A stretch of 64,000 nt of DNA. Source: an uncultured Elusimicrobia bacterium (lineage in GTDB: Bacteria > Elusimicrobiota > Elusimicrobia > Elusimicrobiales > UBA9959). The DNA lies in NCBI GenBank assembly GCA_903873295.1, contig CAIQNV010000157.1, positions 1,989-65,988 of the forward strand, written 5' to 3'. Below the pieces are notes generated by a model. It had not been told where the DNA came from and searched no databases. It saw only the letters and a program-made list of their open reading frames with translations. Every line of letters begins with the position of its first letter. Position 1 is the stretch's first letter. Shown in pieces: positions 9,446 to 19,937 of the stretch. The translations under genes were made by a program, and so were the position numbers.

Positions 9446-10170
9446 TTTTGCGCCCCCTGCCTGACAAACAACTCCTCGAAGCCGGAAGCCCCGGCTTCCT
9501 TAAGCACCGCGCGCGGCTCTCCGGAGGCGAGTAGATGTCCGGAATCCAGCAAATGCACCCTGGAGCAGCGCTCAGCCTCGTCCATATAGGCGGTGGAAAC
9601 TACGATGAGTATTTTTTCCGCGGCGAGATCATAAAGCATTTCCCAGAATTCCCTGCGGCTTATCGGGTCCACGCCGTTCGTCGGCTCGTCGAGAAGGAGC
9701 ACCGAAGGCGACTGCAGGAGCGAGCACATAAGGCCCAGTTTTTTATACATGCCTCCGGAAAGCTGGCCCGCGCGGCGCCCGCGGAATTTATCCAGCCGCG
9801 TGATATTAAGCAGCCTGGTCGACCGGCGGGCGTAGACTTCCGGCTCCAGGCGGTAAAGTTCGCGGAAAAACTCAAGATGTTCGTCTATCGAAAGGTCGGG
9901 GTAGAGGCTGGCCTGCTGCGGCATATAGGCCAGGCTGGGCCTCAGTTCGCTTAAGGCGGCCGGCTGGCCCTCGCTGTAGTAAGAGATCCTGCCGGACGAG
10001 GGTTTAAGCAGCCCGGCCAACAGGCGCATCGTAGTGGTTTTGCCCGCCCCGTTGGAGCCGATAAGCCCGTGCAGCAGCCCCGCCGAAAAATCAAAAGAAA
10101 CCCCGTTCAGCGCCTTAACAGCGCCGAAGTTTTTCTTTAAATTTTCCGTCCGTATCGAAAAGTTCCCCAT
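9442..10170 (-). CDS. ABC transporter ATP-binding protein
   Basis: GSNGAGKTT, LSGG, LLDEPT. Confidence 0.92.
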   Translation of the reverse strand: MGNFSIRTENLKKNFGAVKALNGVSFDFSAGLLHGLIGSNGAGKTTTMRLLAGLLKPSSGRISYYSEGQPAALSELRPSLAYMPQQASLYPDLSIDEHLEFFRELYRLEPEVYARRSTRLLNITRLDKFRGRRAGQLSGGMYKKLGLMCSLLQSPSVLLLDEPTNGVDPISRREFWEMLYDLAAEKILIVVSTAYMDEAERCSRVHLLDSGHLLASGEPRAVLKEAGASGFEELFVRQGAQK

Positions 10171-10260
10171 ACGTTCTTTTTCCCGGTTCCGGCTCCCGAT
10201 TCTCGACCTCTTCCCCCTCCTCCCCCTCAGTGGTGAACTCCCCTCCCCGTCCCGATCCCC

Positions 10261-10986
10261 CTATTCCGGCAGTTTAACTTCTATGGTCATCCCCGGCTTC
10301 AGCATTTCTTCGGGGTTGGGGAAGCTGACCTTAACCGCGAAAACCAGCCTTGTGCGCTCTTTGCGGGTCTGCACGTTCTTAGGCGTGAATTCGGCCTCCG
10401 AATAAATAACCGAGATCCTTCCCGGGAATTCACCGCCGCCGGACTCGGGCAGGAAAGCCGCCACCTCCATCCCGGGCTTGATCTTTACCAGCAGGTCGTG
10501 GGGCACATAGATATAAGCCCACACCTCGCTCAGGTCCGCCACCGTGGCCAGCTTGGTGCCGGGAGCCACCAGTTCGCCGGTCTCCCTATAGGCGTAAAGC
10601 AGCCGGCCGGAGACCGGCGACTTCACCGAGCACCAGTCCACTTTCAGCGCGGAATCGTCGCGGCGGTATTTCAGCCGGTCGTAATTTTCTTTTGAAACCG
10701 AGCCGCCGCTGTAAAGCTCTTCCGCCCTTTTGAAGTCCTCGGCGGCTATGCCCGCGGCCAGCCGCAGGTCGGCGCAATCCAGCGAGGCCAGCACGGCGCC
10801 TTTTTTAACCGGGTCCCCCTCCCGCGCGCCGTAAGACGCGATCACGCCGGGAATGCGGGCCGACAGATCTATCTCGGTGGCTTCAATCGAGCCGCTGTAG
10901 CGGAATTCCCGTCCGCTTCTGGTCTTTATTAAAACTGCTCCGGCTACGGCCGCAATTATAAGCAGCGGTATTATTTTCTTTTTCAT
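10261..10986 (-). CDS. HlyD-family periplasmic adaptor (YbhG-like)
   Basis: MKKKII signal anchor at 10986; AEFTPKNVQT and LKPGM motifs. Confidence 0.87.
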   Translation of the reverse strand: MKKKIIPLLIIAAVAGAVLIKTRSGREFRYSGSIEATEIDLSARIPGVIASYGAREGDPVKKGAVLASLDCADLRLAAGIAAEDFKRAEELYSGGSVSKENYDRLKYRRDDSALKVDWCSVKSPVSGRLLYAYRETGELVAPGTKLATVADLSEVWAYIYVPHDLLVKIKPGMEVAAFLPESGGGEFPGRISVIYSEAEFTPKNVQTRKERTRLVFAVKVSFPNPEEMLKPGMTIEVKLPE

Positions 10987-10987
10987 A

Positions 10988-12331
10988 TTATTTACTCCCG
11001 GTAAGGCTGTCCAGCTGGGCCAGCCGCACAAGTATTTCGGCATTGGTCGAAGCGGCCGTTGTTTTCGCCTGCAGCAGCTTCAGGTTGGCGCTTTCCACTT
11101 CCAGCCAGGTGCCGCCGCCGGCCTTGTAGGCAGCGTAAGCCAGCTTAGCCGCCTCGTCCGCGTCGTCCACCGAGTCTATGTTTATCGCCTGCTCCGCCAT
11201 AAGCGCGTTATAGGCGTCAAGCGACTTCCTGAAATCTTTTTCGGCAAGCAGGGCGGTCTCGCTCTTTTTCTCGGCCGCGGCCCCCGCGTTCAGCTCGCTT
11301 TCGCGGCTCTTCTCCAAAGAGCGCCCGCTCTCGAACAGCGGCAGGCTGAGCGACAGCGAAGCGGAATTCTGCATGAAAGAGTAGAGATTGGGCCCGTTCG
11401 GATAGTCCAGCGAACTGCGCGCCCCTAAAGTCAGGCGGGGCAGGTTTTCCGCCTTATAGCCCGCCGCAAAAGCCCTGTGCGCCAGCACTGAATACTCGGC
11501 CGCCTTTACTGACGGCAGCGCCCTGTTCAGGCTGCCCCCGGCCGCCGGCAGCAGGCGGCTCAGGATATCGGTGTATGGCTCGGCCTTTATGAACAGCTCC
11601 GGCTCCTGCCCGTCGCCATACTCGCGCCCGGTCAGGCGCGCGTCCATGGGCAGGGAGGCTCCCTCCGGCAGGTCCAGCCCTGTGATAAAGCCGAACTCCC
11701 TCAGCTCCGCCGAAAGGTCGGCGCGGGCCCGCAGAAAATCGCGCCGCCGCGCCAGAGTTTCCTGCCGGGCGCGTATTTCGTCCAGGCGGCTGCGCGTGCC
11801 GGCTTTAGCTCCCAGGGAAATATCTTTAAGCTGGCTCAGCGAAAGCTGGAGGTTTTCGCCTATGAGGTAAACCCGCTCCAGGGCCAGCTGCAGCTGAAAA
11901 TAAGCGGTGCGGGCTTTAAGCACGGTCTGTCTGCGGACGTTTTCCGCCTCCGCTGAACGCGCCGCGGCAGTTCTGACCGCGCCGTCCCGGCCGCTGCGCA
12001 GAACGCCGCCGTCAAAGAAGGTCCAGTAGGCCGACGGGCCTATGGAATAATTCCAATTATCACCGAGGGGCCTGCCGCCGCCCAAAGCCGCAGGCATGGC
12101 TATAGCTGGTACTACCCCGTTATAGCGAAGGCCGCCCTCCAGGCTGAAGCGCGGAGCGAGTGGCGAGCCGGCCGCTCGGGCCGCGGCGCCCGCGGCCTCC
12201 GCCGTAAGCAGGGCGCCCCGGTACTGATTTGAAACCGCCAGCGCGCTCTCCTCGGCCGCGCGCAAAGTCAAAAACATTTCAGCCCCGCGCGCCGGCGCGG
12301 CCAGCAGAAGGAAACAGATAAAATATTTCAT
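10988..12331 (-). CDS. TolC family outer-membrane efflux protein
   Basis: Signal peptide, ARTAYFQL, LSLPLFESG, YKAG repeat pattern. Confidence 0.85.
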   Translation of the reverse strand: MKYFICFLLLAAPARGAEMFLTLRAAEESALAVSNQYRGALLTAEAAGAAARAAGSPLAPRFSLEGGLRYNGVVPAIAMPAALGGGRPLGDNWNYSIGPSAYWTFFDGGVLRSGRDGAVRTAAARSAEAENVRRQTVLKARTAYFQLQLALERVYLIGENLQLSLSQLKDISLGAKAGTRSRLDEIRARQETLARRRDFLRARADLSAELREFGFITGLDLPEGASLPMDARLTGREYGDGQEPELFIKAEPYTDILSRLLPAAGGSLNRALPSVKAAEYSVLAHRAFAAGYKAENLPRLTLGARSSLDYPNGPNLYSFMQNSASLSLSLPLFESGRSLEKSRESELNAGAAAEKKSETALLAEKDFRKSLDAYNALMAEQAINIDSVDDADEAAKLAYAAYKAGGGTWLEVESANLKLLQAKTTAASTNAEILVRLAQLDSLTGSK

Positions 12332-12957
12332 AGACCTATTCCCCTTAAAGCTATCTCGGCCCTTCCGGCTATACCCGCGTCGGAGAACATCTCTTCCCGC
12401 AGGCCCGCGAGACTGTGGCCGTCTATTTTTTTAACGCCGTTCTTCTCCAGAACGCCGCCCATCAGCACCGGAAAGATCATTACCGGCACCAGGGCGGCTA
12501 TCATAAAAGGGATGGAGCGCCCCTTAACGGCGCTGCCGGGGCGGCACTCCAGGGCCAGCGCCGCGAGATGGCTTATATGCTCTGTAAAATTCCCGCTGAA
12601 GAAGGCGAAAGCCTCCTTATTCCCGTACGCCAGATCTGCGAAGATCATCGGCGCGGCGCCGCGGATGCTCCTGGCGAATTTCCCCACCTCCACCAGCGCG
12701 TTCTTAAGCCGGGCGCGGGGAGCGCCGGCCACGGCGACCCCGGCGTTGAAACTCAGCATGAATTCCCCGTACATTTCCTTCAGCACGGCCTTAAGGAATT
12801 CGTCCCTGGAACCGAAATAGTAGTGGAACATGCCGGTGTTAACCCCGGCCAGGCGGCACACCTCGCGGACTCCCAGTCCGGTTATCCCCTTCTCCTGCAG
12901 CAGCTTCCTGCCGGCGGCTTTAAGTTTCAGATCCGTCCCCGACGCTGGTCTCGCCAT
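12328..12957 (-). CDS. TetR/AcrR family regulator
   Basis: GVREVCRLAGVNTGMFHYYFGSRDEF HTH; ATG 12957 after GGAGG. Confidence 0.88.
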   Translation of the reverse strand: MARPASGTDLKLKAAGRKLLQEKGITGLGVREVCRLAGVNTGMFHYYFGSRDEFLKAVLKEMYGEFMLSFNAGVAVAGAPRARLKNALVEVGKFARSIRGAAPMIFADLAYGNKEAFAFFSGNFTEHISHLAALALECRPGSAVKGRSIPFMIAALVPVMIFPVLMGGVLEKNGVKKIDGHSLAGLREEMFSDAGIAGRAEIALRGIGL

Positions 12958-12970
12958 ACTCCCTCCGTTC

Positions 12971-13014
12971 TTATACTGTCGTATAATTATACATCCGTAT
13001 AACAGTATTGTCAA
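12971..13014 (-). promoter_or_regulatory. Consensus sigma70 promoter with two tandem TTATAC-N4-GTATAA palindromes (putative TetR operators)
   Basis: TTGACA 13014-13009, 17 nt, TATAAT 12991-12986; palindromes at 12971-12986 and 12987-13002. Confidence 0.8.
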
Positions 13015-13028
13015 GGGTTGGCGCGCGA

Positions 13029-13147
13029 GCCCGGCGAGGGGTTGCCCATTCAGCCGCGCAGGAACCGTTGCGCGGTTCCCCCCAGCCGGGATAATCAGGC
13101 TGGGGCCCCCTTCCCCAAAGCGGCTTCAGAGCAACCCCTCACCGGGC
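13029..13147. repeat. Dispersed palindromic element family A, copy 2
   Basis: Matches 6097-6250 and 49730-49841; second hairpin is extended. Confidence 0.85.
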
Positions 13148-13400
13148 CTACCGGAGGACCGGATTAGCAAAACCGCGCCGGAGCCCGACGCTTGCGTAAG
13201 CGTGAGGCACGGCTTTAGAGCGAAGCATAATTATGCTTCGCGCCCGTGCCGCAAGGCCGCAGGCGTTTTTCTGCGTAAGCAAAAACTCCGAGGCGGGGCC
13301 GCGCAAAACCGCTATGCGGTTTATGCGTGGCAGGGCGAGGCCCGGAAGGGCGGGCACGGTGTGCCCGACCCTGTTTTTGCGTTCCGGTCCCCCGGCAGGC
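13146..13400. repeat. Palindromic element family B, long copy
   Basis: Shares CCGACGCTTGCGTAAGCG and GGGCGG.CACGGTGTG.CCGACCC with 19938-20068; terminal inverted repeat; many internal hairpins. Confidence 0.72.
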
Positions 13401-13435
13401 CCCCCGGCAGGCCTCTTCTCTGCGCCGGAAAGGCG

Positions 13436-13470
13436 GAAAAAAACCGCCGCCCTTTTCAGGACGGCGGTTT
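13436..13470 (-). terminator. Intrinsic terminator of the RRM gene
   Basis: AAACCGCCG...CGGCGGTTT hairpin plus T-run on the minus strand. Confidence 0.7.
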
Positions 13471-13491
13471 GAAAACCATTAAAGGTTTAGA

Positions 13492-13851
13492 TTACCACTT
13501 CTCGCCGTAACCGCCGCCGCCGCCGCCGCGACCACCGCGATCGCCGCCGCGTCCGCCGCGATCACCGCCGCCGCCGCCGAAACCGCCGGTGCGGGGGCGA
13601 GCTTCCATCGGGCGAGCTTCGTTAATGGTCAGCTTGCGGCCGCCGAAATCGGAGCCGTTCAGCTTTTCCATGGCCGCATTGGCCTCTTCGTCATTGGGCA
13701 TCTCGACGAAGCCGAAACCGCGGGACTGGCCGCTGTACTTATCGGTGATCAGCTTAGCGCTGGTAACCTGGCCGTAAGTCGCGAAAAGGGTGTTCATTTC
13801 CTCTTCGGTCGTCTTAAAGGGCAATCCGCCCACATATATTCTTTTGCTCAT
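13492..13851 (-). CDS. RRM RNA-binding protein with Gly/RGG-rich tail
   Basis: IYVGGL (RNP2), RGFGFVEM (RNP1). Confidence 0.93.
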   Translation of the reverse strand: MSKRIYVGGLPFKTTEEEMNTLFATYGQVTSAKLITDKYSGQSRGFGFVEMPNDEEANAAMEKLNGSDFGGRKLTINEARPMEARPRTGGFGGGGGDRGGRGGDRGGRGGGGGGYGEKW

Positions 13852-14006
13852 TGTACTATCCTCCTAGCTATCTTTACCTGACTCAACTCTCTCTGCGCTT
13901 TCCTTACTCTAATACTAGTAGGATAGGCTTCAAAAACTTGAGTTCTCGGTTTAAACTACACATCTATTATGACATTAATCCGCGAAAAGGTCAAGCAAAC
14001 ACACAG

Positions 14007-14465
14007 CTACACCCCGATATCCTCGTTCCACAGCTCGGGCCTGGCTTTTATAAAGTCGGCCATCAGCTTTTTGCACTCCGGCAGGTCAAGATTCACAAGC
14101 TTTATGAATTTTTTAGAATAGCTTTCCGGGCCTTTAAAAGTCTTATTCTCGCCAATAACTACCACGGGGATCTTATACAGCAAGATAGCCCCGGTGCACA
14201 TGGGACAGGGAGAGAGCGTGGAGAAGATCGCGCACTTTTCATAGTCGGCGGCCTTCAGCCGGCCGGCGTTTTCAAGACAGTCCATCTCCGCGTGCAGGAT
14301 GGCGGATTTTTTCTGTACCCGGCGGTTATGGCCCCGGCCTATGATCTTATCGCCCTTAACCAGCACCGCCCCTATGGGGATGCCGCCCTCTTTAAGGCCT
14401 TTACGGGCCTCTTTGACGGCTTCCGACATGAACTTCAGGTATCTGGTCTTCACTTGTGTATTCAT
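14007..14465 (-). CDS. Zn-dependent nucleoside/cytosine deaminase
   Basis: HAE and PCPMC motifs; WNEDIG C-terminus. Confidence 0.88.
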   Translation of the reverse strand: MNTQVKTRYLKFMSEAVKEARKGLKEGGIPIGAVLVKGDKIIGRGHNRRVQKKSAILHAEMDCLENAGRLKAADYEKCAIFSTLSPCPMCTGAILLYKIPVVVIGENKTFKGPESYSKKFIKLVNLDLPECKKLMADFIKARPELWNEDIGV

Positions 14466-14479
14466 GCTCCCTCCGGTAG

Positions 14480-15667
14480 TTATAAAACGCGGCAGAAGAT
14501 GCACTTGAGGTACTCCCCCTCCGGGTAATCGGCGGCCACGGGGTGGTCGGGGCCAGCGCCCGATTTCTTCAGGATCTGCACTTTCCTGCCCGCATTCGAC
14601 GCGGCGCCGCGCAGAATAAAAGCAAATTCCTCCATAGGCACCATGCCGCTGCAGGAGCAGGTTACGAAGATCCCGCCGGGCTCCACCAGCGACAACGCTA
14701 TGCGGTTGAAATCGCGGTATTTAAAGATGCCCTTGTCGCGCTCTTCGCGGTTGGACACCAGCTTGTAGGGGTCCAGCACCACCAGGCCGTACTTCCGCTT
14801 GAGCTCAAGCATCTGGCGCATATAGGTGAAGGCGTCGGCGCAGACGGGGTCCATTTTCACCTTGTTGATATTGGCGTTGCGCTTGCCCATTTCGCTGGCC
14901 TCGGCGTCCAGCTCAACGCTGGTCACCGCGGTGGCGCCGCCAAGTTTAGCCGCGTAAATGCCGAAGCCGCCGGTGTAAGAGCAAAGGTCAAGCACCGTTC
15001 TCCCTTTTGCGAGGGTTGAGGCCAGCAGGCGGTTCTCGCGCTGATCGCAGAAGAAGCCGGTCTTATAGCCGGCCTTCAGGTCTATCTCGAACTGCACGCC
15101 GTTCTCGGTGACGCGGGTCTTATGGGAAGGGCCCGGCTCGGGTTTTATGGTGAAGCCTTCCATGTCCTGGGTGTAAGCGGTGGCGCGGTGGTGGAAAGTC
15201 GCCGACGGGAAATGTTTCTTAAAAGCGGCCTCTATGTTCGGCCAGATCCGGTACATGCCGAGCGAATAGAATTCCAGCGCTATCTGGTCCTTGTAGATAT
15301 CCACGGTCAGCCCGGGCAGGCCGTCGGCATAGTCGTGAATAAGGCGGTAGGCGTCGGTCTTCTCGGGGAGCTTCAGCACGTCATGGCGCAGGGCCACGGC
15401 GCGCGCCACCCGCTTTTCAAGGAAGTCGTCTATCTGGAACTCTTCGGGGTTTTCGCGCGTGAAGATGCGCAGGGTTATCTGGCTGCGCGGGTTATACAGC
15501 GCCACGCCGTAGGGATTGCCGTTCTTGTCATAGACCGCCACCATCTCGCCGGCCTCGGCGCGGTCGCAGGTGTCTATCATCCGCTTGAAAGCGTTGGGGC
15601 CAGCGGGAGCGTGCGAAAGTTTTACCTTGGGCAGCCCGCCGGCTTTGGAAAATATTTTTTCAGCCAT
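14480..15667 (-). CDS. RlmI-like SAM-dependent rRNA methyltransferase
   Basis: DGLPGLTVD, KTGFFCDQRENR, VLDLCSYTGGFG, VLDP, DHP..PEGEYLK. Confidence 0.87.
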   Translation of the reverse strand: MAEKIFSKAGGLPKVKLSHAPAGPNAFKRMIDTCDRAEAGEMVAVYDKNGNPYGVALYNPRSQITLRIFTRENPEEFQIDDFLEKRVARAVALRHDVLKLPEKTDAYRLIHDYADGLPGLTVDIYKDQIALEFYSLGMYRIWPNIEAAFKKHFPSATFHHRATAYTQDMEGFTIKPEPGPSHKTRVTENGVQFEIDLKAGYKTGFFCDQRENRLLASTLAKGRTVLDLCSYTGGFGIYAAKLGGATAVTSVELDAEASEMGKRNANINKVKMDPVCADAFTYMRQMLELKRKYGLVVLDPYKLVSNREERDKGIFKYRDFNRIALSLVEPGGIFVTCSCSGMVPMEEFAFILRGAASNAGRKVQILKKSGAGPDHPVAADYPEGEYLKCIFCRVL

Positions 15668-15686
15668 AGTTATAATTATACCAATG

Positions 15687-17054
15687 TCAGCCTTTCAGAA
15701 TATCAATTTTCCGCCATAGTCCCGACCGGAAGCGCAGCGTGAAGAAGACCGACAGCAGGAAAACGTAGAAGCCGCCCCAGATCCAGGCGTGTATCAGTTC
15801 GCCTCCCGCGCGGTGCGTTATGTACCAGACGCCCGGCACGAACAGCAGCCAGGCGGCCGCGCTGCCCCCCAGCATCTGGAACCGGGTGTCGCCCGCGCCG
15901 CGCAGCACGTCGGCGAAGATCATGCCGATCGCGTCGAAGAAAACGAAGACGGCCAGAACTTTCATGACAGGCCGGCTCCTGGCCAGTATCTCGGCGTACT
16001 CCGCGGAGTTGCCGGAACCGAAGATATTCACAAAAAGCCCGGGAACCGCCGCGAACAGTATCCCCAGCCCTAAAGTGTACAGGGCGGCCAGCTTGGCGGC
16101 ATTGTAGGAGACCCGCACGGAAACATCGGGCTTTTTCATGCCTATATATTTCCCCACAAGCGTAAGCGCCGCCAGGCCCAGGCCTATTACCGGCATGAAG
16201 GCTATCATGTTTATGGAAGCGATGATATTGCTGGCGGCCAGCGAGATCTTGTCCAGGCCGCCGATGATGAAAATGAAAGCCCCGAAGGAAGCCACGTCGA
16301 GAAAAAAGCCGATGCCGTTGGGCGCTCCGTATTTTATCAGCCTGAAAAACATCCCTTTATGCAGGCCTACCAGACGGGCGGTGCGGTAGCGCCTGCGGTT
16401 GTACGGCGAAAAGATGAGCTTGAGGTAAAGCGCGAGCATCAGCAGCTGCCCCGCCACGGCGGCAAAGCCCGCCCCGCGTATGCCCAGGGCCGGCAGCGGC
16501 CCGGCTCCGAAGATAAGCAGCCAGGACAGCAGGACGCAGAGAGCGTTGCCCGCGATATTGACGGCCATGGGAACCTTCGTCTTGCCGCGTCCCGTGAAAA
16601 AGGCGGACAGCGCGGTATTAGTTATGGCTATCACCCCGCCGGCGTTAAGGATAAAGAAATACTGCTTTTCCAGGACTATCACGGACCCGGCGTGGCCGGA
16701 ATGGTTTATTATGCAGAAGCCGAGCGGCGTGAGCGCCAGGAGGATGATCCCCGAAGTCAGCCCCAGCCAGATGCCCTGCCAGACGGCCACCGAAACGCTG
16801 GCGGTCTTTCCCTTGCCGTGGTACCGCGAGACGAAAGCGTTGGTATAGATGGCTGTGCCGATGAAAAAGCAGCCGAAGATAAAGGCCAGCAGCCCGCCCG
16901 GCACGCAGGCCGCCAGCGCGTCAGGGCTGTAATGCGCCAGGAACACGCGGTTGATGAACTGCATCACCGTATTGGAAGCGGTGGAAAGTATGAGAGGGTA
17001 AGCTACGGTCAGCAGTTCGCCGGCGCCGCCTTCGCCCTTTGTGAATAATTTCAT
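15687..17054 (-). CDS. MATE family efflux transporter
   Basis: About 12 TM; GRGKTKVPM, GIRGAG, LRGAGDT. Confidence 0.9.
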   Translation of the reverse strand: MKLFTKGEGGAGELLTVAYPLILSTASNTVMQFINRVFLAHYSPDALAACVPGGLLAFIFGCFFIGTAIYTNAFVSRYHGKGKTASVSVAVWQGIWLGLTSGIILLALTPLGFCIINHSGHAGSVIVLEKQYFFILNAGGVIAITNTALSAFFTGRGKTKVPMAVNIAGNALCVLLSWLLIFGAGPLPALGIRGAGFAAVAGQLLMLALYLKLIFSPYNRRRYRTARLVGLHKGMFFRLIKYGAPNGIGFFLDVASFGAFIFIIGGLDKISLAASNIIASINMIAFMPVIGLGLAALTLVGKYIGMKKPDVSVRVSYNAAKLAALYTLGLGILFAAVPGLFVNIFGSGNSAEYAEILARSRPVMKVLAVFVFFDAIGMIFADVLRGAGDTRFQMLGGSAAAWLLFVPGVWYITHRAGGELIHAWIWGGFYVFLLSVFFTLRFRSGLWRKIDILKG

Positions 17055-17557
17055 TGTTCGAGCATGTCCGCGTAAGCGTTCGCCAATAGGTCGCTTTTAC
17101 GTATCCCGAGGGCGAGCATAAGCTTCTGCGCCTCGCGGCGGCCGGCGGCGGCGGCTTCGCCCGGCTTCAGGACCACCTCCAGCTCTATAAAGCGCCCGAG
17201 GTTCTTGACCTCGTCGAAATGGATCCGGGTGCGGCCCGAAAAACAGACCAGCCGCTTCTTTACGACTTTTGCCTTCACTCCCAGCGCGGCGGAAAGAGTC
17301 TTCAGCGTTCTTTTAGGCCGCGGGTCAGGCACCAGATTATATGACGAGGTTTTGGGCCCTTTCCGCCCGGCGCGCCGGTAGAATACCAGGTAAGCCCCGG
17401 CGCCGCCCTGCTCGCGCAGTTTGAGCCGCCCGTTAGCGCAGTTAAAAAAAGTGTCTTTTTGAACCAGACGCTCTGTCCGGTCGGCCAAGGCCAGGCCGGA
17501 TTTCAGTTGGGAGGGCCAATCGGAAGCCCGGGCCTTTATTTCGACGTTGACCGGCAT
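17051..17557 (-). CDS. CYTH domain protein (class IV adenylate cyclase family)
   Basis: NVEIKAR, QKDTFF, RLKLRE, HFDEVKNLGRFIELEV. Confidence 0.87.
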   Translation of the reverse strand: MPVNVEIKARASDWPSQLKSGLALADRTERLVQKDTFFNCANGRLKLREQGGAGAYLVFYRRAGRKGPKTSSYNLVPDPRPKRTLKTLSAALGVKAKVVKKRLVCFSGRTRIHFDEVKNLGRFIELEVVLKPGEAAAAGRREAQKLMLALGIRKSDLLANAYADMLEQ

Positions 17558-17835
17558 CAGAACCGCTCTATTATAAAAGGCGCGGCCATCAGTACCGCGC
17601 CGACAAGGGTGATATACAAAGCGTTCGTAACGAAGTATGGGTAGACCATCATCGCTATGCCGCAGCCGAGCATAACCGAATCGTTCTGGTCGCGGCCGCG
17701 CTTAAAATAAAAATACCCGATGGCGGAGAATAACAGCGAGGCGATCATGCCGCCCATGGTCATGCCGAAAAGGGTGCCGGCAGCCCCCTGCCCGCCCAGC
17801 CGGCCCGCGGCCGTCATAACGGAATTTTCATCCAT
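17557..17835 (-). CDS. Small hypothetical membrane protein
   Basis: Three hydrophobic segments; operonic between typA and CYTH. Confidence 0.7.
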   Translation of the reverse strand: MDENSVMTAAGRLGGQGAAGTLFGMTMGGMIASLLFSAIGYFYFKRGRDQNDSVMLGCGIAMMVYPYFVTNALYITLVGAVLMAAPFIIERF

Positions 17836-17871
17836 CGCTTTCTTCGCGCGGCCGAACGCGCCGGCTCCGGG

Positions 17872-19713
17872 CTAGTCTTCGACTTTCTCGCCGCGCTTGC
17901 GCTTGCTGTGGTCCAGCACTTTCTTGCGCAGCCGCAGGCTCTTGGGCGTGACTTCCACGAACTCGTCGTCCTCGACGTACTCGATGGCCTGCTCCAGGCT
18001 CATATTGCGGTGCGGGGTCAGGCAGATGGACGCGTCGGCGGTGGAAGAACGCATGTTGGATTGCTGCTTTTCCTTACAGGGGTTCACGACCAGGTCGTTG
18101 GCGCGGCAATGCTCGCCCACGATCTGTCCGGAGTAAATATCCTGGCCGGGGCCGACGCACATTATGCCGTGGTCCTGCAGGCTGTTAAGCGCATAGCCGG
18201 TTGAAAGGCCGGCGTCTTTGGCGATGAAGACTCCGTTGCGCTTGGGCCTGTTAAAGTTGCCCACGGGCAGGAAGCCGTGGAAGCTGTGGTGCATCAGGCC
18301 TGAGCCCTTGGTGAAGGTCATGAACTCGGACTTGAAGCCGATGAGCGCCTTCGAGGAAATAACGTACTCGAAGCGCACGCGGGCGTCCTCGCCGATCACG
18401 ATGTTCTTGAGCTGCCCGCCGCGCGTGCCCAGGCCGTTCATGACCGCGCCCTGGAATTCCGCCGGCGCGTCCAGCATCAGCAGCTCCACAGGCTCCACGG
18501 TGACGCCGTTCTCCTCGTGGGTGATGACGACCATCTTGGAAACACAGAGCTCGAAGCCCTCGCGGCGCATGGTCTCGATAAGGATGGAGAGGTGCAGTTC
18601 GCCGCGGCCGGAGACTTTGAAACCGCCTTCGCCGGGGATCTCCTCCACTTTCAGACCCACGTTTATCTGCTGTTCCTTATAGAGGCGGTCGCGCAGCTGC
18701 GTGGCGGTGACGAACTTGCCTTCGCGGCCCGAGAAAGGGCTGTCGTTGGCGTAGAATTCCATGGCGAGGGTGGGCTGCTCTATTTCCAGGCCGGGAAGCA
18801 CGCCGGGGTTTTCCAGATCGGACACGGTGTCGCCGACCTCTATGCCTTCAAGCCCGGCGACGGCCACGATGTCCCCGGAATGGGCGTCCTTGATGACCAC
18901 CCGCTCAAAGTTCTTGTAGCCCATAAGCTGCATGACCTTCCGCGTCTTGGGCTGGGAGGTCGGGCAGGCTATGGAGACCTGCTGGCCGGAGGAGATCTTC
19001 CCCTGCACGATGCGGCCCACGCCGATGCGGCCGGTATAGGAGCTGTAGTCGAGCATGGTCACCAGCAGCCGGAGCGGCTGGTCGTCCAGGTCGAGCGGGC
19101 CGGGGACATGCTTTATGATGGTCTCAAAAAGATATGAGAGATCAGGCTGCTTCGTATTAAAGTCTTTCGAAGCCCAGCCGTCGCGGCCTACGGCGTAGAC
19201 GACAGGAAAATCCAGCTGCGCATCGGTGGCGCCGAGCTCCATGAACAGGGCGAACACCTGGTCCAGGGAAGCGTGCGGGTCGCAGTTAAGGCGGTCGACC
19301 TTATTTATGACCACGATGGGGCGCAGGCCGAGCGCGAGCGATTTCTTAAGCACGAAGCGGGTCTGCGGCATGGGGCCGTCGAGGGCGTCCACGAGGAGCA
19401 GCACGCCGTCGACCATGCGGAGCACGCGCTCCACTTCGCTGCCGAAGTCGGCGTGGCCGGGGGTGTCGACTATATGAATGGTGGTGTCTTTATAGCGGAC
19501 GGAGGTATTTTTAGAGAGTATGGTGATGCCGCGCTCTTTTTCCAGGTCGTTGGAGTCCATGATGCAGATGGCTTCTTCGCCGGTCTTGTCATGGTAGGCG
19601 CCGGTCTGCTTGAGCATGGCGTCGACAAGCGTGGTTTTGCCGTGGTCGACGTGGGCGATGATGGCGATGTTGCGCAGGTCCTGCCGGCGCTTTACGATGG
19701 TGTCTTGTTGCAT
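17872..19713 (-). CDS. typA: Translational GTPase TypA/BipA
   Basis: [41 protein letters not shown]; ATG 19713 downstream of AGGAG. Confidence 0.96.
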   Translation of the reverse strand: MQQDTIVKRRQDLRNIAIIAHVDHGKTTLVDAMLKQTGAYHDKTGEEAICIMDSNDLEKERGITILSKNTSVRYKDTTIHIVDTPGHADFGSEVERVLRMVDGVLLLVDALDGPMPQTRFVLKKSLALGLRPIVVINKVDRLNCDPHASLDQVFALFMELGATDAQLDFPVVYAVGRDGWASKDFNTKQPDLSYLFETIIKHVPGPLDLDDQPLRLLVTMLDYSSYTGRIGVGRIVQGKISSGQQVSIACPTSQPKTRKVMQLMGYKNFERVVIKDAHSGDIVAVAGLEGIEVGDTVSDLENPGVLPGLEIEQPTLAMEFYANDSPFSGREGKFVTATQLRDRLYKEQQINVGLKVEEIPGEGGFKVSGRGELHLSILIETMRREGFELCVSKMVVITHEENGVTVEPVELLMLDAPAEFQGAVMNGLGTRGGQLKNIVIGEDARVRFEYVISSKALIGFKSEFMTFTKGSGLMHHSFHGFLPVGNFNRPKRNGVFIAKDAGLSTGYALNSLQDHGIMCVGPGQDIYSGQIVGEHCRANDLVVNPCKEKQQSNMRSSTADASICLTPHRNMSLEQAIEYVEDDEFVEVTPKSLRLRKKVLDHSKRKRGEKVED

Positions 19714-19774
19714 GTGTTTTAGGTGCTCCTTAAAAATCCGCAAAAAGTCGAACCGCGAGATGCTCAGTCGGTGC

Positions 19775-19894
19775 TGGCCGGGGGATCGCCCTGCTCACCC
19801 GGGCCGAGGAAACCCTTGCGTCGGTTTCCCCCCGCCTTACTTTGATGGCGGGGCCCCCTTTCCGCAACGGGTGCTCAGGGCGATCCCCCGGCCA
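19775..19894. repeat. Diverged family-A-like palindromic element
   Basis: Same stem order as family A with different but complementary stem sequences. Confidence 0.62.
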
Positions 19895-19937
19895 TCCCCT
19901 CCGGTTTCCCAGCGGTCGCGCGGCTAAACTTATCTGC

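Noticed and set aside
17051-17557. CYTH protein as the cyclase for the cNMP trio
   Set aside because: 12 kb away in a housekeeping operon; most CYTH proteins are triphosphatases; no linking evidence
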